A stretch of DNA of 64,000 bases from positions 603,355 to 667,354 of the forward strand of contig NC_134030.1 of assembly GCF_964204645.1 (NCBI RefSeq), in the 5' to 3' direction. Numbering within the stretch: position 1 is the stretch's first letter; each line of letters begins with the position of its first letter. The translations under genes were made by a program, and so were the position numbers. Below the pieces are notes generated by a model. It saw only the letters and a list, made by a program, of their open reading frames with translations, had not been told where the DNA came from and did not search any database. This DNA comes from Tubulanus polymorphus. Its lineage: Eukaryota > Animalia > Nemertea. Of this stretch, positions 33,710 to 47,371 are shown one piece after another.

Positions 33710-34318
33710 AGTGTCTCACTGGGGGTAGATTCTGCAGCACTTGGATGTTGAGTTTACCAGACAGTGTCTCACTGGGGGTAGATTCTGCAGCACTTGGATG
33801 TTGAGTTCACCAGACAGTGTCTCACTGGGGGTAGATTCTGCAGCACTTGGATGTTGAGTTCACCAGACAGTGTCTCACTGGAGGTAGATTCTGTAGCACT
33901 TGGATGTTGAGTTCACCAGACAGTGTCTCACTGGGGGTAGATTCTGCAGCACTTGGATGTTGAGTTCACCAGACAGTGTCTCACTGGGGGTAGATTCTGC
34001 AGCACTTGGATGTTGAGTTCACCAGACAGTGTCTCACTGGGGGTAGATTCTGCAGCACTTGGATGTTGAGTTCACCAGACAGTGTCTCACTGGGGGTAGA
34101 TTCTGCAGCACTTGGATGTTGAGTTCACAAGACAGTGTCTCACTGGGGGTAGATTCTGCAGCACTTGGATGTTGAGTTCACCAGACAGTGTCTCACTGGA
34201 GGTAGATTCTGCAGCACTTGGATGTTGAGTTCACCAGACAGTGTCTCACTGGGGGTAGATTCTGCAGCACTTGGATGTTGAGTTCACCAGACAGTGTCTC
34301 ACTGGGCAGCACTTGGAT
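33710..34318. repeat. 53-bp satellite, array 2 (~11 copies)
   Basis: Same unit and orientation as array 1. Confidence 0.97.
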
Positions 34319-34579
34319 CAAGGGCTATTAGAGATAAAAATTCCACTAATAAGAGCTCTTGGAAAATCTCATGATTTTATCCAATTTCACTGCATACATG
34401 CTCACCTGATCTGGAGTCAGCTCAGATCTGCATGTTCAGGTAACATCAACCTCTGAAATGCAAAAACAGACATTGCTTAAATTAATTTTTCAATTAAACT
34501 AATTTCTCAAAATTTGATGAGTCTCATGATGTCTATCATCCACTCAGCACGTGGGGCTAATGTAAAAATGTTTTCTGAC

Positions 34580-37500
34580 ACAGTCTGATTTGTGTCAGAT
34601 TGTAACTGTAGAAGTTTCACTCATTGTTTCAGTCTAATTGAGATGTGACTGATGTACATGTAACATTGAATGTGTAACACCGCTGTAGTTTGTTCACTTA
34701 TTCCTCCTCAGTTAGAAGAATGTTTGTTCTCTCATCTTCATTAGCAAAGAAAATCAATCCCATCCGTCTAACTACAACATTGTAACATTTCTATCTTATT
34801 CAATCATAGAGGGAATGAGTAGTATGGCGCTTGGGTACGGAATGGGGCAAAGCATGGTGTGATTGACATGTTAGGGGAGGATAGGGTATTGTGGTAAGGT
34901 AAGGTCAGGTTGGATGATGCAGGGTTGTTTGATATGGCTGGATTAGATGATCAGCTTGTTATAGAACCGGTCGAGGTGGGTGTATGTGGTAGTGTACGAT
35001 GTATAGTTAGAGAGGTGTCTGACAATGAAGAAAGGTTGGTGCTGGAGGACGGTACAGTTGTGATGTTGGTATGGTTTGTGTAGAGTAGAGTGTGGTTTGC
35101 AGGGTTAGGGATAAGGTAGCTGGCATGGTAAAAATAATGGTAGAGGAGAAGTGAAAGGGATTTTGATGTTGTTGAGGTGAGGGTGATTTGGTAGAATTGG
35201 TTGGGGTGAGGTGGTGACTGCCTGGGGAGGGGCTAGGACAGTACAGGTGTAATCAGTCTCCCTTTACACATCTCAATGTCTCAAATCCTTTCCAGACATT
35301 CTCTTATTCCACACAGCTATTCGCATTTTGAATTTTTCCATCATTACCGCGCAAGATAATAATCAATGGCTTTCGATTCAAATTAGCCAGATTTTTTCAC
35401 GATTTACCAAAAGATGAAAACACATAGACATCTACTTTAACACATTCCATCATAAATAGCATCATCGGATAGGAATGAATTGTAAATTCACGAGTAGTGG
35501 AAGGAGCTATGGATGTGATGTCTAAAACCTACGATGAACTACTAGTTGAAAAGTAGTCGAGGATGTATACACTTAAGCTGATTAGATGATCTCAAACTAA
35601 ACCTAAACAAATGAGTGAGATATCTTGAGCCGAATCTCTCCATGCCTCCCATTCACTCAAACTACTCCTCAATTCTATGTGAAATACTAGGAGATGATAC
35701 CTGCAAGATATTGAACATTAAGACACCATCAAAACAATGACAAATCAGTAACAGTATTTTACATGTGTGTCACATCATTCATTTTAACAAGTGAATGATT
35801 CATGAAGCAAATGACGGCAAAACTTCTGATTCACAAATCTCTGAATACCGGTAGTTTTTACCCTACTACCAGCTTGTTAACAGCAAACTGTTGAGAAATA
35901 GACTCTGAACCCAAAATACATTGTTAGTAAACTCTAGGTTTACCGTAAATGATTTCCATTATTGATCACTTTACACCCAGTCAAGTACAGGAAACTTAGC
36001 ACCTCCTCTCTCTCACTCTCTCTCTTAATAGCCATTTTTGTGAACATTTTTAAGCACGTGAGGTAAGAATAGACCAATGCCTGCCCTCTAAGCCAGCAGA
36101 GGACTACCCTTCGGACCCCACTTTTGTGCTTGGTGGCTTTAAGCTCACTTTTTTTTTGAGTCGAGGTAGGTATAGACCACTACCTACCCGCTAGGCGGAC
36201 AGGGGACTAAACCTTCGAATTGCTCTCGGACCCCACTCTTCATATCTTTTTTCTTTTTTTGAGTCGAGGTAGGAATAGACCACTGCCTACCCGCTAGGCA
36301 GACAGTGGACTAAACCCCCCACTCTTCATGTTCTTCATATTCTTTCTTTTTCTTATGGCTGTCTCTCCTGGCTATGTATCAGTACCAACCGGCAGTAAGT
36401 GTCTATATGGGAAATATAGTAATTGAACTGGGTTTGAATCTATCTCAATCAGTGCTTTTAAAACTAGTAGTAGGGCAGCAGTTCACTATAGTCAATCAGA
36501 ATCATTGTTTGATGATATTGTTTATTTGCAGTGACATTTGTTCCATGAAACAAGTTTCAATTCCAAAATGAATCGATGAATTCAATCTTCAATAGCATCG
36601 TTCTCGATGTATCTCATATAGAGATTTTGGAATAGCTAGCGCGGGAAGGAGGTCGGGAAGGTAAGGCTTGGTACGATACCCTAAAACCTGGCAGTAACCT
36701 AAAGAATGTTTTCATTTACCCTTGTGTCCTATCCATCTAAGGACATGTAATGATTAAGAGGTGACCTCGAAGTTATGGCCACCACCTGCGCCATCACATC
36801 CAGACAAATCAGAAATAGATTCACTGTCCACAGTGACAGCTTCGACGTCTGTTCTTACTTTCGTATTCAATATTTTAAGCACAGAATTCCGATAAAGAGT
36901 GATGCCCATTTAACCAATCATTAGAATTCTACAGAATTCACCCTAATTTCAAAATTGGGGAGTCCAGGGAAACCAATGCTCACTTGGTGAAATTCCTGAC
37001 AATCTGAAAATTCTACACTCAACACCCCCTGGAGAACATGTGCAGTGGCGTTGGAAAACTTAAAAACCTCCAAAAATAACTGTATTCCGTCTGCGGATAC
37101 GACAACGGATGAAAAGAAAATGCAACGGCCCGCTGAGACTTAAGTCTCAAGTGGGCTGAAAACAAAAACATCCTTCCCCACATAACTTTTCCTCTACGGT
37201 AACATTACTCTGACCATGCCTTACCCTATACTTAACCCGGTACACCGACGCCTACATTACACAAACTATACCAGCATCACTACTGCACTGACCTCTAACA
37301 GCAACCTTTCAATCAGTTATCATACACCCTCCGAACATACACACCATACACTACCACATACACCCACCTCGACCAGTTCCATATCAAACTCATCATCCAA
37401 TCCAACCACATCAAATAACCCTGCATCATCCGACCGACCTTACCTCATCACATTACCCTATCCTACCCTAACTATCAACTACACCATACCCTGCCCCACT

Positions 37501-37760
37501 CCATACCCAAACCTCATACTACTCATTCCCTCTAGGATTAGATAAGTGGAAATTTGACGATGTTGTTGGTAGACGGATGGGATTGATTCTTATCGCTAAT
37601 GAAGATGAGAGAACAAACATTCTTCCAACTGAGAAGGAATAATTGAAGAAATGACTGCAGTGTTACACAGTCAATGTTACATGTACATCAGTTATAACTC
37701 TATTAGACTGAAACAATGAGTGAAACTTCTACAGTTACAATCTGACACAAATCAGACTGA
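34580..37760. repeat. Diverged ~600-bp inverted repeat (34580-35170 vs 37165-37760) with a ~2-kb spacer
   Basis: cagtctgatttgtgtcagattgtaactgtagaagtttcactcattgtttcagtctaat is the reverse complement of 37702-37759; homology continues through the C/A-rich part. Confidence 0.85.
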
Positions 37761-39739
37761 ATTTGAAAATATTTTTACAATAGAAAACATTCTACAGCTT
37801 TTCTATTTTCTATATTTCAAATGCTACTTATCTTGTTTCATTTCTTCAGCTACTGTTCCTATCTATGATGCTGGTCTTGCTGCTCCTATGAAGCTCTCAC
37901 TGCTCCTGCAGTACTCCTATGATGCTGCTCCTGTGCAACTCCTATATGATGCTGCTCCTGAACTCCTCCTTCCTGCTGCGCCTATAAATGCTCCTATACA
38001 TTGCTTGAATAGTGTTTTATGCCAGAAGTAATGCCTGAAATAGAGAAGATTTGATTTCAATGCGGTATTTGTTCAATTGTTGACTCTTCACATCACATCA
38101 TCAGTTATAGACATTTGAACTTATAAGAGGAACCTTTTCGACTGGAGAATGATTCAGTTGAAGGGCCTTTCAGAGAAATGAGGGCAATGAAAAAGAATCA
38201 GGGAGTGTGACATAGGGGATATATTTTCCAACATTGTACTTTCATGCAAAATTCATGAACTTTCATGAAAACCTCAATGTTTCTCATAATAAGCCATGTC
38301 CCTCTGGGTCGTATATACCGTACATAGTAAGCTCAGTCATTTTCATGATAACAACTTAAACAATTTTCATCTCTTTCTATCGACTTCCTCAATCTTCACA
38401 ACAGTTCATAAAACTCTCACACTCAAGAAGGTGGAGAACAGATGATAAGATCAAAAATGACTATGACTATATACAGATTTAAAACCAACAGAGCAACTGC
38501 AGTTTGGGGGCCCTTGTGTTTATATGTACACACTATTGTTAAATAAGGGCCACACAGTTAGTGACCTCAACTGGTGCAGTTGGATCAAAACGTTTAGGAC
38601 TGTTCATAGTGGCCAGTGGCTAGGGCATGTTTCAATCTACCCCAGTCTTTCAACGTTTCTATCTGTCATTGGAACTTCACTTTAACTTTGCAAATAAATT
38701 TAATTATCAAAAATATAACTAACCAACAGGATTATTTTCTTTTTAAGTTACATTTGCGCTCGGGAAATCTCATATTGAGCTTGAGAAAGCGTTGATTTGG
38801 CCCAAAATAGTTGTTATTTAATATATCATGGTCGCCGCCATCTTGGAATTCGGGGAATTTCCACTTGCTGAAAATATATGCAAATGAGCAGAATCGGAAT
38901 GAGGCATATAAAGGCGGATCCGGACGTATATTCGGACATTCTGTCTTTCCTTTGAAAACTTACCTTTAAAAACCCATAGAAAGTAAAATGCTATAATCCT
39001 GATGAGAAAGGCGTTGTGGCGAACAAAATCAATTACGATATGTCAAATAATTAATTTTAAACTTTATTGATTGTTAGATTATTTCCAATTAATCCATTAA
39101 TTCTCTGATAAACCATTAAACCCAGAAGTTAGACTTGGAGAACTGGGTTCAGCAATTGGGGCCAGGGCCCATCAGGGAAAGGGTTGAATAGTTAAAGAGC
39201 TATGAAATCGTGGATGAATATAAAATAAGTAGACTGTGATTTAGAAAAAACTCAATACTGGTGTAAGTCGATCTCAAAAATTACTTAATGTAATTCACAT
39301 TTGTTGAACATTACAAGAAATTCTTGGTTTAAGCCTCTGAGATGGTGCTGCAGATGACAAGATAATAAGGGTCAATTTTATGAATCTGTAAGTGAGCATC
39401 TTACTTAAAGGTTTGAAGGGCCCAGGGTTTTTTGGGATGGAGTCCAGTTGAACTTGTAACTGGGTCTTGAGCTGTGTCTCCAGGTCTCGGTCCCAAAACT
39501 GTGTCCACAGAACTGTGCTGAATCCACCGATGTGTTTAAAGTCAAATTCCTCAAATCCAGAAAATGAAAAAACTTCATCGAAAACAAAACATTTATGAAA
39601 TTGAACAACTCTTTATTTAAGATTTTAATTAAATCTTCACAATAAACCATTCTTTGGTATATCAAACATTAAATTAATTCAACCTCTGCATAAATTACTG
39701 TTCTAATCTATTTGACCTGTCACCTAAAAATAGAATTTC

Positions 39740-40740
39740 TACCAATTCATTAAACAATAGGAACAACTTACAACTTATCAAAACCTAACAGTCATTCAGA
39801 AGTAAAGCCTATTGATTTAATCTCTGAAACCCAGAGATTAAAACATCAGATTTATACTTCTGAATCACCTTAAAACAGTTCATTTAATTGTGAATTGAGT
39901 TCAACAGTTATGAATTATAACTGCCGAACTTGATCGCGGATTATCATTGGAAAACTTGATTCAGATTATTAATTTGAATCAAGTTTTTCCACCCTTTAAT
40001 CAGTTTAACAGATTACAATAGGAAACACTTTAACTTACCAAAACCCGAAGTGATTCAGAAGTTAAAACCTATTGATTTAATCTCTGAAACCCAGAGATTA
40101 AAACATCAGATTCACACTTCTGAATCACCTTAAAAACAGTTCTCGAAAATCTCCAATCAAGTTCAACAATTATGGATTATAACTGCCGATCTTGATCAGA
40201 GATTATCTTGGAAAAACTCGACTCAATTTGAATTTGGGTCAAGTTTTTCCACCCTTTCTTAACAGCACACTAGGAACAAATGTAGCTTATCTGAACACAA
40301 AGGTCATTCAGCAGTAAAAATCTATTGATTTAATATCTGGAACCCAGAGATTAAAACATTAGATTTAAACTTGTGAATCACCTTAAAACAGACCTTGAAA
40401 ATCACCAATCAAGTTCAACAATTGTGGATTATACCAGTAACTGCCGATCTTGATCAGAGATTATCTTGGAAAAACTCGACTCAATTTGAATTTGAGTCAA
40501 GTTTTTCCACCCTTTAATCAGTCTTAACAGAACACACTAGGAACAATTGTAGCTCATCTGTACATGAAGATCATTCAGCAGTAAAAATCTATTGATTTAA
40601 TATCTGAGTCCCAGAGATTAAAACATCAGATTTAAACTTCTGAATCACCTTAAAATCGATCTTGAAAATCTCTGATCAAGTTCAACAATTATGGATTATA
40701 ACTGTCAATCTTGATCAGTGATTATCTTGATCATCAAACC
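39740..40740. repeat. ~260-bp diverged tandem repeat, 4 copies
   Basis: ctattgatttaat.tctg..cccagagattaaaacatcagatt recurs at ~39809, 40069, 40322 and 40589. Confidence 0.9.
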
Positions 40741-40923
40741 TAAATTCAATGCATTTACATTCAATCATTTTTTGTCGTTTTTTGTAATGTCTTTGTTGAT
40801 TCTGTTGGATGCGAACGAATTAAAGTCACCAAATACACTTAAAATCCTTCCACTTGATCCACTACGCAAATACACAACACTATTACAACTCCAGATTATC
40901 GTTTTATTGCGGTTATTGCGAAA

Positions 40924-41435
40924 CTGAATTACACTGGTCCGGTTCATCGTTTAATTACGGTTCTCGACACTGAATTACACTGGTCCGGTTTATCGTTTAA
41001 TTGTGGTTCTCGACACTTAATTACACTGGTCCGGTTCATCGTTTAATTGTGGTTCTCGACACTTAATTACACTGGTCCGGTTCATCGTTTAATTGCAGTT
41101 CTCGACACTGAATTATACTGGTCCGGTTCATTGTTTAACTGCGGCTCTGAACACTGAATTACACTGGTCCGGTTCATCGTTTAATTGTGGTTCTCGACAC
41201 TGAATCACACTGGTCGGGTTCATCGTTTAATTGTGGTTCTCAATACTGAATTACATTGGTCGGGTTCATCGTTTAACTGCGGTTCTCGACACTGAATTAC
41301 ACTGGTCGGGTTCATCGTTTAACTGCGGTTCTCGACACTGAATTACACTGGTCGGGTTTATCCTTTATTTTTGGTCCTCAGCACTATATTAAGTTGATCC
41401 GGTTTATTGTTAAGTTGCGGTTCTCAATACTTAAT
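40924..41435. repeat. 46-bp minisatellite, ~11 copies
   Basis: ctgaattacactggtccggttcatcgtttaattgtggttctcgaca units. Confidence 0.95.
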
Positions 41436-41459
41436 TCCATTATATCTGCTACATGTGAA

Positions 41460-43110
41460 TCTCGGCAAATTCAAAACTGAAAAGACAAAATAAACAAGAA
41501 ATAAATAAAGATTTCAAAGTCAACTTATTAGTAAAAAAATAACGAGTAAAATTTAGCATTTCATACAAAATCATAAGATAATTACCTAATTTGCTTGTGA
41601 GATGAACTCCATGTTGACAGTTGTATGAACAATTCATGAATAATCTCTTCTCAGGATTTCTTCAATCTTTGCCGAAATCAAGTCTTTGTTATCTTAGTTT
41701 CCGTTGTAACAGTTTTCTGACGACTGATCCGGCAAATTGAAAACTGAAAAGACAAAATAAACAACAAATGAAACATGATTTTAAACTCATTTAAACTTAA
41801 ATGTAAAAATTAGCATTTCATACAAATCATAAGATAATTACCTAATTTGCTCGTGAGATGAACTCCATGTTGACAGTTATATGATTCATGAATAATCTCT
41901 TCTCAGGATTTCTTCAATCTTTGCCAAATCAAGTCTTTGTTATCTTAGTTCCCGTTGAAACAGTTTTCTGACGATTGATCTCGGCAAATTGAAAACTGAA
42001 AAGACAAAATAAACAGCAAATGAAACGTGATTTTAAACTCATTTAAACTTAAATGCAAAAATGTAAAATTAGCATTTCATACAAAATCATAAGATAATTA
42101 CCTAATTTGCTTGTGAGATGAACTCCATGTTGACAGTTGTATGAACAATTCTTGAATAATCTCTTCGCAGGATTTCTTCAATCTTTGCCAAATCAAGTCT
42201 TCGTTATCTCAGTTTCCGTTGTAACAGTTTTTTTATGACTGATCTCGGCAAATTGAAAACTGAAAAAACAAAATAAACAAGAAATTAATAAAGATTTCAA
42301 AGTCAACTTATTTGTAAAAAATTAACGAGTAAAAATTAGCATTTCATACAAAATCATAAGATAACTACCTAATTTGCTTGTGAGATGAACTCCATGTTGA
42401 CAGTTGTATGAACAATTCATGAATAAGCTTTTCGCAGGATTTCTTCAATCTTTGCCAAATCAAGTCTTTGTTATCTTAGTTTCCGTTGTAACAGTTTTTG
42501 ATGACTGATCTCGGCAAATTGAAAACTGAAAAAACAAAATAAACAAGAAATTAATAAAGATTTCAAAGTCAACTTATTTGTAAAAAATTAACGAGTAAAA
42601 ATTAGCATTTCATACAAAATCATAAGATAATTACCTAATTTGCTTGTGAGATGAACTCCATGTTGACAGTTGTATGAACAATTCATGAATAATCTTTTCG
42701 CAGGATTTCTTCAATCTTTGCCAAATCAAGTCTTTGTTATCTTAGTTTCCGTTGTAACAGTTTTTGACGACTGATCTCGGCAAATTGAAAACTGAAAAGA
42801 CAAAATAAACAACAAATGAAACGTGATTTTAAACTCACTTAAACTTAAATGCAAAAATGTAAAATTGGCATTCCATACTAATTTATCAGATAATTATAGC
42901 TGCAAAGCAGCGATAACGGGTTTTCTGCACAGTCTTAGAATCCTGTTCAACGGTTAACACAGTTTTATAAGAGTAAGGTTGACAAACATTCAATTACACC
43001 TACTTGAAATGCAAAAATGTTAAATTGGCAATTCATACAATTTCATAAGATAATTACCTAATTTGCTTGTGAGATGAACTCCATGTTGACAGTTGTATGA
43101 ACAATTCTAG
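41460..43110 (-). repeat. ~260-bp tandem repeat (5-6 copies), each unit carrying minus-strand splice acceptor and donor
   Basis: ttttgtcttttcag| ... caagcaaattag|gtaatta in each unit on the minus strand. Confidence 0.85.
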
Positions 43111-43974
43111 AGTTGAGTGTGGTTGGTATCCGAGTTGTGGATTTCGTTTCAGTAATTTATGGAGCTGATAAATAACTGGTTACTGCTTCCTCTGATGTTG
43201 TTGTTGCTGATGCTGGTTCTGTCGTCTCGTCGATTTACAATATACTTTTTTTTTCTTACATCAATATTTTTTTACATCTATATTTTTTTCTAACATGATT
43301 TTCTTTTTTCTTACAAACAATTATTCACTTGTTTTTTAACCAATATCTAATTTCTTTAATAGAAAAAAGGTTTTAATTCTGAAAATCAAAATGTCAAGTC
43401 AGAACTTCTACATCAGACACTGGCAAATGGCAGTAACTGCAGTTGAATGAAGACTCGGAGTTGATGAGGACCTCAAATGTCCGAAACTATTTGAATTTAA
43501 GATGGCTACTTTACTGTGGGTACGACACAGTCAACATCTGCAGCAGAAGAACAAGGCGGTTTCCAACAATCGTTCAAAATTGTGCCGAAGCATGACAGTA
43601 ACCGACGCAGCAACGGCTCTTCGAGCAGCGAGGTCTAAAACGAAAGTTACGGAAGTTTCAGTCGACAAAATTTCCAACAAGATGCCTAGTCGAACAAGCG
43701 GGTCCAGAGCCAAACCTGGACAAGCGCTAACTAGGGATCCCTTCAAACCTTTTCATGGTCCTCCTGTACGGAGGATATATTTATGACAATTCATCGCGGC
43801 AAGCACGAACATAAACAAAGCTTCAATCACGCGCGTCGCGTATCAAATATTCAAATTCAGCGGAGAAATACGATTACAAATTTCACGCTGCGATCGCCGT
43901 TCTACAGAGTGATAAGACGGTGTCGTTGAAAAGCACGAGTAAAACGGTTACTATGTCTGAATGTTTCTCATTGA

Positions 43975-44175
43975 TAAGCCCAAGGGGGCTGCGCGTATGA
44001 TGGATTGATAAGCCCACTGGGGCTGCGAGTATGATGGACTGGTAAGCCCACGGGGGCTGCACGTATGATGGATCGAAAAGCCCACTGGGGCTGCGAATAT
44101 GATAGACTGGTAAGCGCAAGGTGGCTGCACGTATGATGGATTGGTAAGCCCACTGGGGCTGCGAGTATGATGGAT
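43975..44175. repeat. 34-bp minisatellite, ~6 copies
   Basis: aagcccactggggctgcgagtatgatggattggt units. Confidence 0.9.
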
Positions 44176-45149
44176 CAACAGTATTTACTACCAAAAATTG
44201 TGAATTAGCGAGTTTGATTCTTAATCTTCAAATAAAGATCAAATCTTATCAATGAACAGGGTCGATTCCTGATTTTTAGTCAAGTTTTTTCACTGTTAAG
44301 AAGTTCTTCTGAACGCACCTAGAGTCGAATTAGAACTGTGATAAGTCCTTTCAATTGTAGTTTGAGACAAATTTTTACTAAGATTTTTCACTATATTTGG
44401 CTTCAGTTAAATGATCCAATAACTGATTCATCTTATATCAAATTATCCTCAGGTGGAATAACTGTTGCAAGGTTCCTAACTTCACATCTACATAAGATAT
44501 TTTTCATTTCCATGACTCTTCCACGAGATATATTTTCCACCGGGGAATTTATCTGACCATCTTAAATGGCCCGCATATGCCAGAAAACACTAAACAATCT
44601 ATGATGAATAATACAACATCAAATATGGCTTCCAGTAAACATTTGAGATCGAGATTCGATAGCTCGATATTTCAGTTTGAAATTCAATACCTCAATGTTT
44701 CAGTTTGAGATCTGATGTTTAAAGTAATTTTCAAATAGATGCCAGAATTAATTGATAAAGATGCAGAAGTGGTGAAGTGTGAATGGTGTAGTGCAGGTGC
44801 AAGTCGGCGCCTTGTGCAATAAATACGTGAAGTGAAGATGTGCACGAATCAACTTTCTTCTGGCATCTTTCCAACAGCAGCATTTACCAAATTATAGATC
44901 ACCTAAACAATAGTAAGAGGACAATAAATCTTTAAGATGAAAATCTCTAGTGAGACCGAGCGTCTTTCAAGATTTTTAAATCAGTTTTTAAACCCTTGAA
45001 ATTCATAATTAGCAATAATCTCTTTGTATCAAGTTTAGGTTAATGAATCTTAACTTCCCTTGCAACAGTTATATTCCTAGAATAATAGCTTGATCATGTT
45101 TAACCCCGATGGGGGGTAGGTTTTCACCAGCTAAAAGCTGTTTTGGTAT

Positions 45150-45885
45150 CAAGCTGCTGGTGTGTATCGACGACGAGCTGCTGGTGTGTATCGAGCTGCT
45201 GGTGAGTATCGAGCTGCTGGTGTGTATCGACGAGCTGCTGGTGTGTATCGAGCTGTGAGTATCGAGCGGCTGGTGTGTATCGACGACGAGCTGCTGGTGT
45301 GTATCGAGCTTCTGGTGTGTATCGACGACGAACTGCTGGTGTGTATCGACGAGCTGCTGGTGTGTATCAAACTGCTGCTGAGTATCGAGCTGCTGGTGTG
45401 TATCGACGACGAACTGCTGGTGTGTATCGACGACGAACTGCTGGTGTGTATCGACGACAAACTGCTGGTGTGTATAGATGACGAACTGCTGGTGTGTATC
45501 GAGCTGCTGGTGTGTATCGACGACGAACTGCTGGTGTGTATCAACGACGAACTGCTGGTGTGTATCGACGACGAACTGCTGGTGTGTATCAACGACGAAC
45601 TGCTGGTGTGTATCGAGCTGCTGGTGTGTATCGACGACGAACTGCTGGTGTGTATAGATGACGAACTGCTGGTGTGTATCGACGACGAACTGCTGGTGTG
45701 TATCGACGACGAACTGCTGGTGTGTATCGACGACGAACTGCTGGTGTGTATCAACGACGAACTGCTGGTGTGAATCGAGCTGCTGGTGAGTATCGACGAC
45801 AAGCTGCTGGTGTGTATCGAGCTGCTGGTGTGTATCGACGACGAGCTGCTGGTGTGTATCGAGCTGCGAGTATCGACGATGAGCT
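45150..45885. repeat. 18/24-bp minisatellite (CTGCTGGTGTGTATCGA[CGACGA]) generating long spurious ORFs
   Basis: Tandem visible directly; unit lengths are multiples of 3 and lack stops in several frames. Confidence 0.95.
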
Positions 45886-46134
45886 GCCGATGTTTGACGA
45901 CGAGTAAAAAATGCATAACGGGGAAACATTGCGAGACCAAAGTTCAATTTTTATTAATGATTATTTATCAATTATTTTATCTTTTTAATTTTCATGTGAG
46001 TTATAATCTTTTCAATTGCATTTTACGGCAGATTGAGAACTTTAAGAAGTTCTTTTTTTCAAACGTTTTTTACGACAAATTAAGAACTTTACAACGTTCT
46101 TTCAATAGAATCTAACAACAAACTTAGAACTTTA

Positions 46135-46750
46135 ATTTCTAGTTTTTAAATTTTTTTTGGATGAATGACATGAATGGGTGCGATAGGAATCGCACCCGCA
46201 AATAAATAAATTGGATGAAATGAGATGAGATTTTTTAAATTTTTATATTTTTTTTTCGTTTTTAGTTTTAATTTTTTTTTGATGAATGACATGAATGGGT
46301 GCGATAGGAATCGCACCCGCAAATAAATAAATTGGATGAAATGAGATGAGATTTTTTAAATTTTTATATTTTTTTTCGTTTTTAGTTTTAATTTTTTTTT
46401 GATGAATGACATGAATGGGTGCGATAGGGATCGCACCCGCAAATAAATAAATTGGATGAAATGAGATGAGATTTTTTAATTTTAATACTTTTTTTTCGTT
46501 TTTAGTTTTTTATTTTTTTTTGGATGAATGACATGAATGGGTGCGATAGGAATCGCACCCGCAAATAAATAAATTGGATGAAATGAGATGAGATTTTTTT
46601 AATTTTTATATTTTTTTTCGTTTTTAGTTTTAATTTTTTTTTTGATGGATGACATGAATGGGTGCGATAGGCATCGCACCCGCAAATAAATAAATTGGAT
46701 GAAATGAGATGAGATTTTTAAAGATTTTATAATTTTTTTTTATTTTTGAT
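46135..46750. repeat. ~121-bp tandem, 5 copies, each with hairpin GGGTGCGAT-N4-ATCGCACCC
   Basis: Hairpins at ~46177, 46297, 46417, 46539 and 46660. Confidence 0.95.
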
Positions 46751-47371
46751 TTTTTAAATTTAAAATGTTTACCCCAGGGAACACCGGCTAGAAGAGCAAG
46801 CGCCACCTGCACGGATGATGAGCTAAAGAAGGTAATCAGAGAGGAACCCTAAACTAACCCAACCCCACCACCATCCCCCCGACTTCGAACGGCTTCAATT
46901 CCGGATTTTCGAAAATGGAAATCAACCATAACATGTACCAGAAAAACATGGAAAAAGAATGGCCTGAAAGAAATTAAATTGATTTTGGAAAATTGGTATT
47001 ATAGTGAATTCAACCCGTTAAAGCCCGTGACACTCTAGGAAACTTATCAAAGGAGAGTGTGTGATGGCACCTTTCCCATCACCTGCCTTTGATAAGCTCC
47101 CAGAGCGAGCACCTTTTCGAGTCAACAACCAGTATGCTGGGCGGGATACAAAAATGGAAGAAAACAGGCCCGATTCCCGGCCACCTTCATACTGGATGTT
47201 GAGTCAAAAAGGTGCTTTGGGCTTTAAAGAATTGAAGACACTATTGTAAGCCGAAATAATTGTGGAATTGGACTAAAATTAAATCAAAAAATATGTGGTA
47301 CATGTTATAGTTGATTTTCTTTCAGTGAAGGCATATTAGGCGCGCATGAACGACTCATGCGTTCAAGGCAC

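Noticed and set aside
41710-41750. CTGACGA...GAAA in the 260-bp repeat
   Set aside because: No stem II or NUH geometry, and the motif is not conserved between units.
43502-43786. 94-aa basic ORF
   Set aside because: No recognisable domain, no flanking splice pattern, and an overlapping antisense ORF of similar size.
45069-46115. Longest ORFs in the track (292, 263 and 203 aa)
   Set aside because: They arise from an 18/24-bp minisatellite open on both strands, with no splice or domain support.
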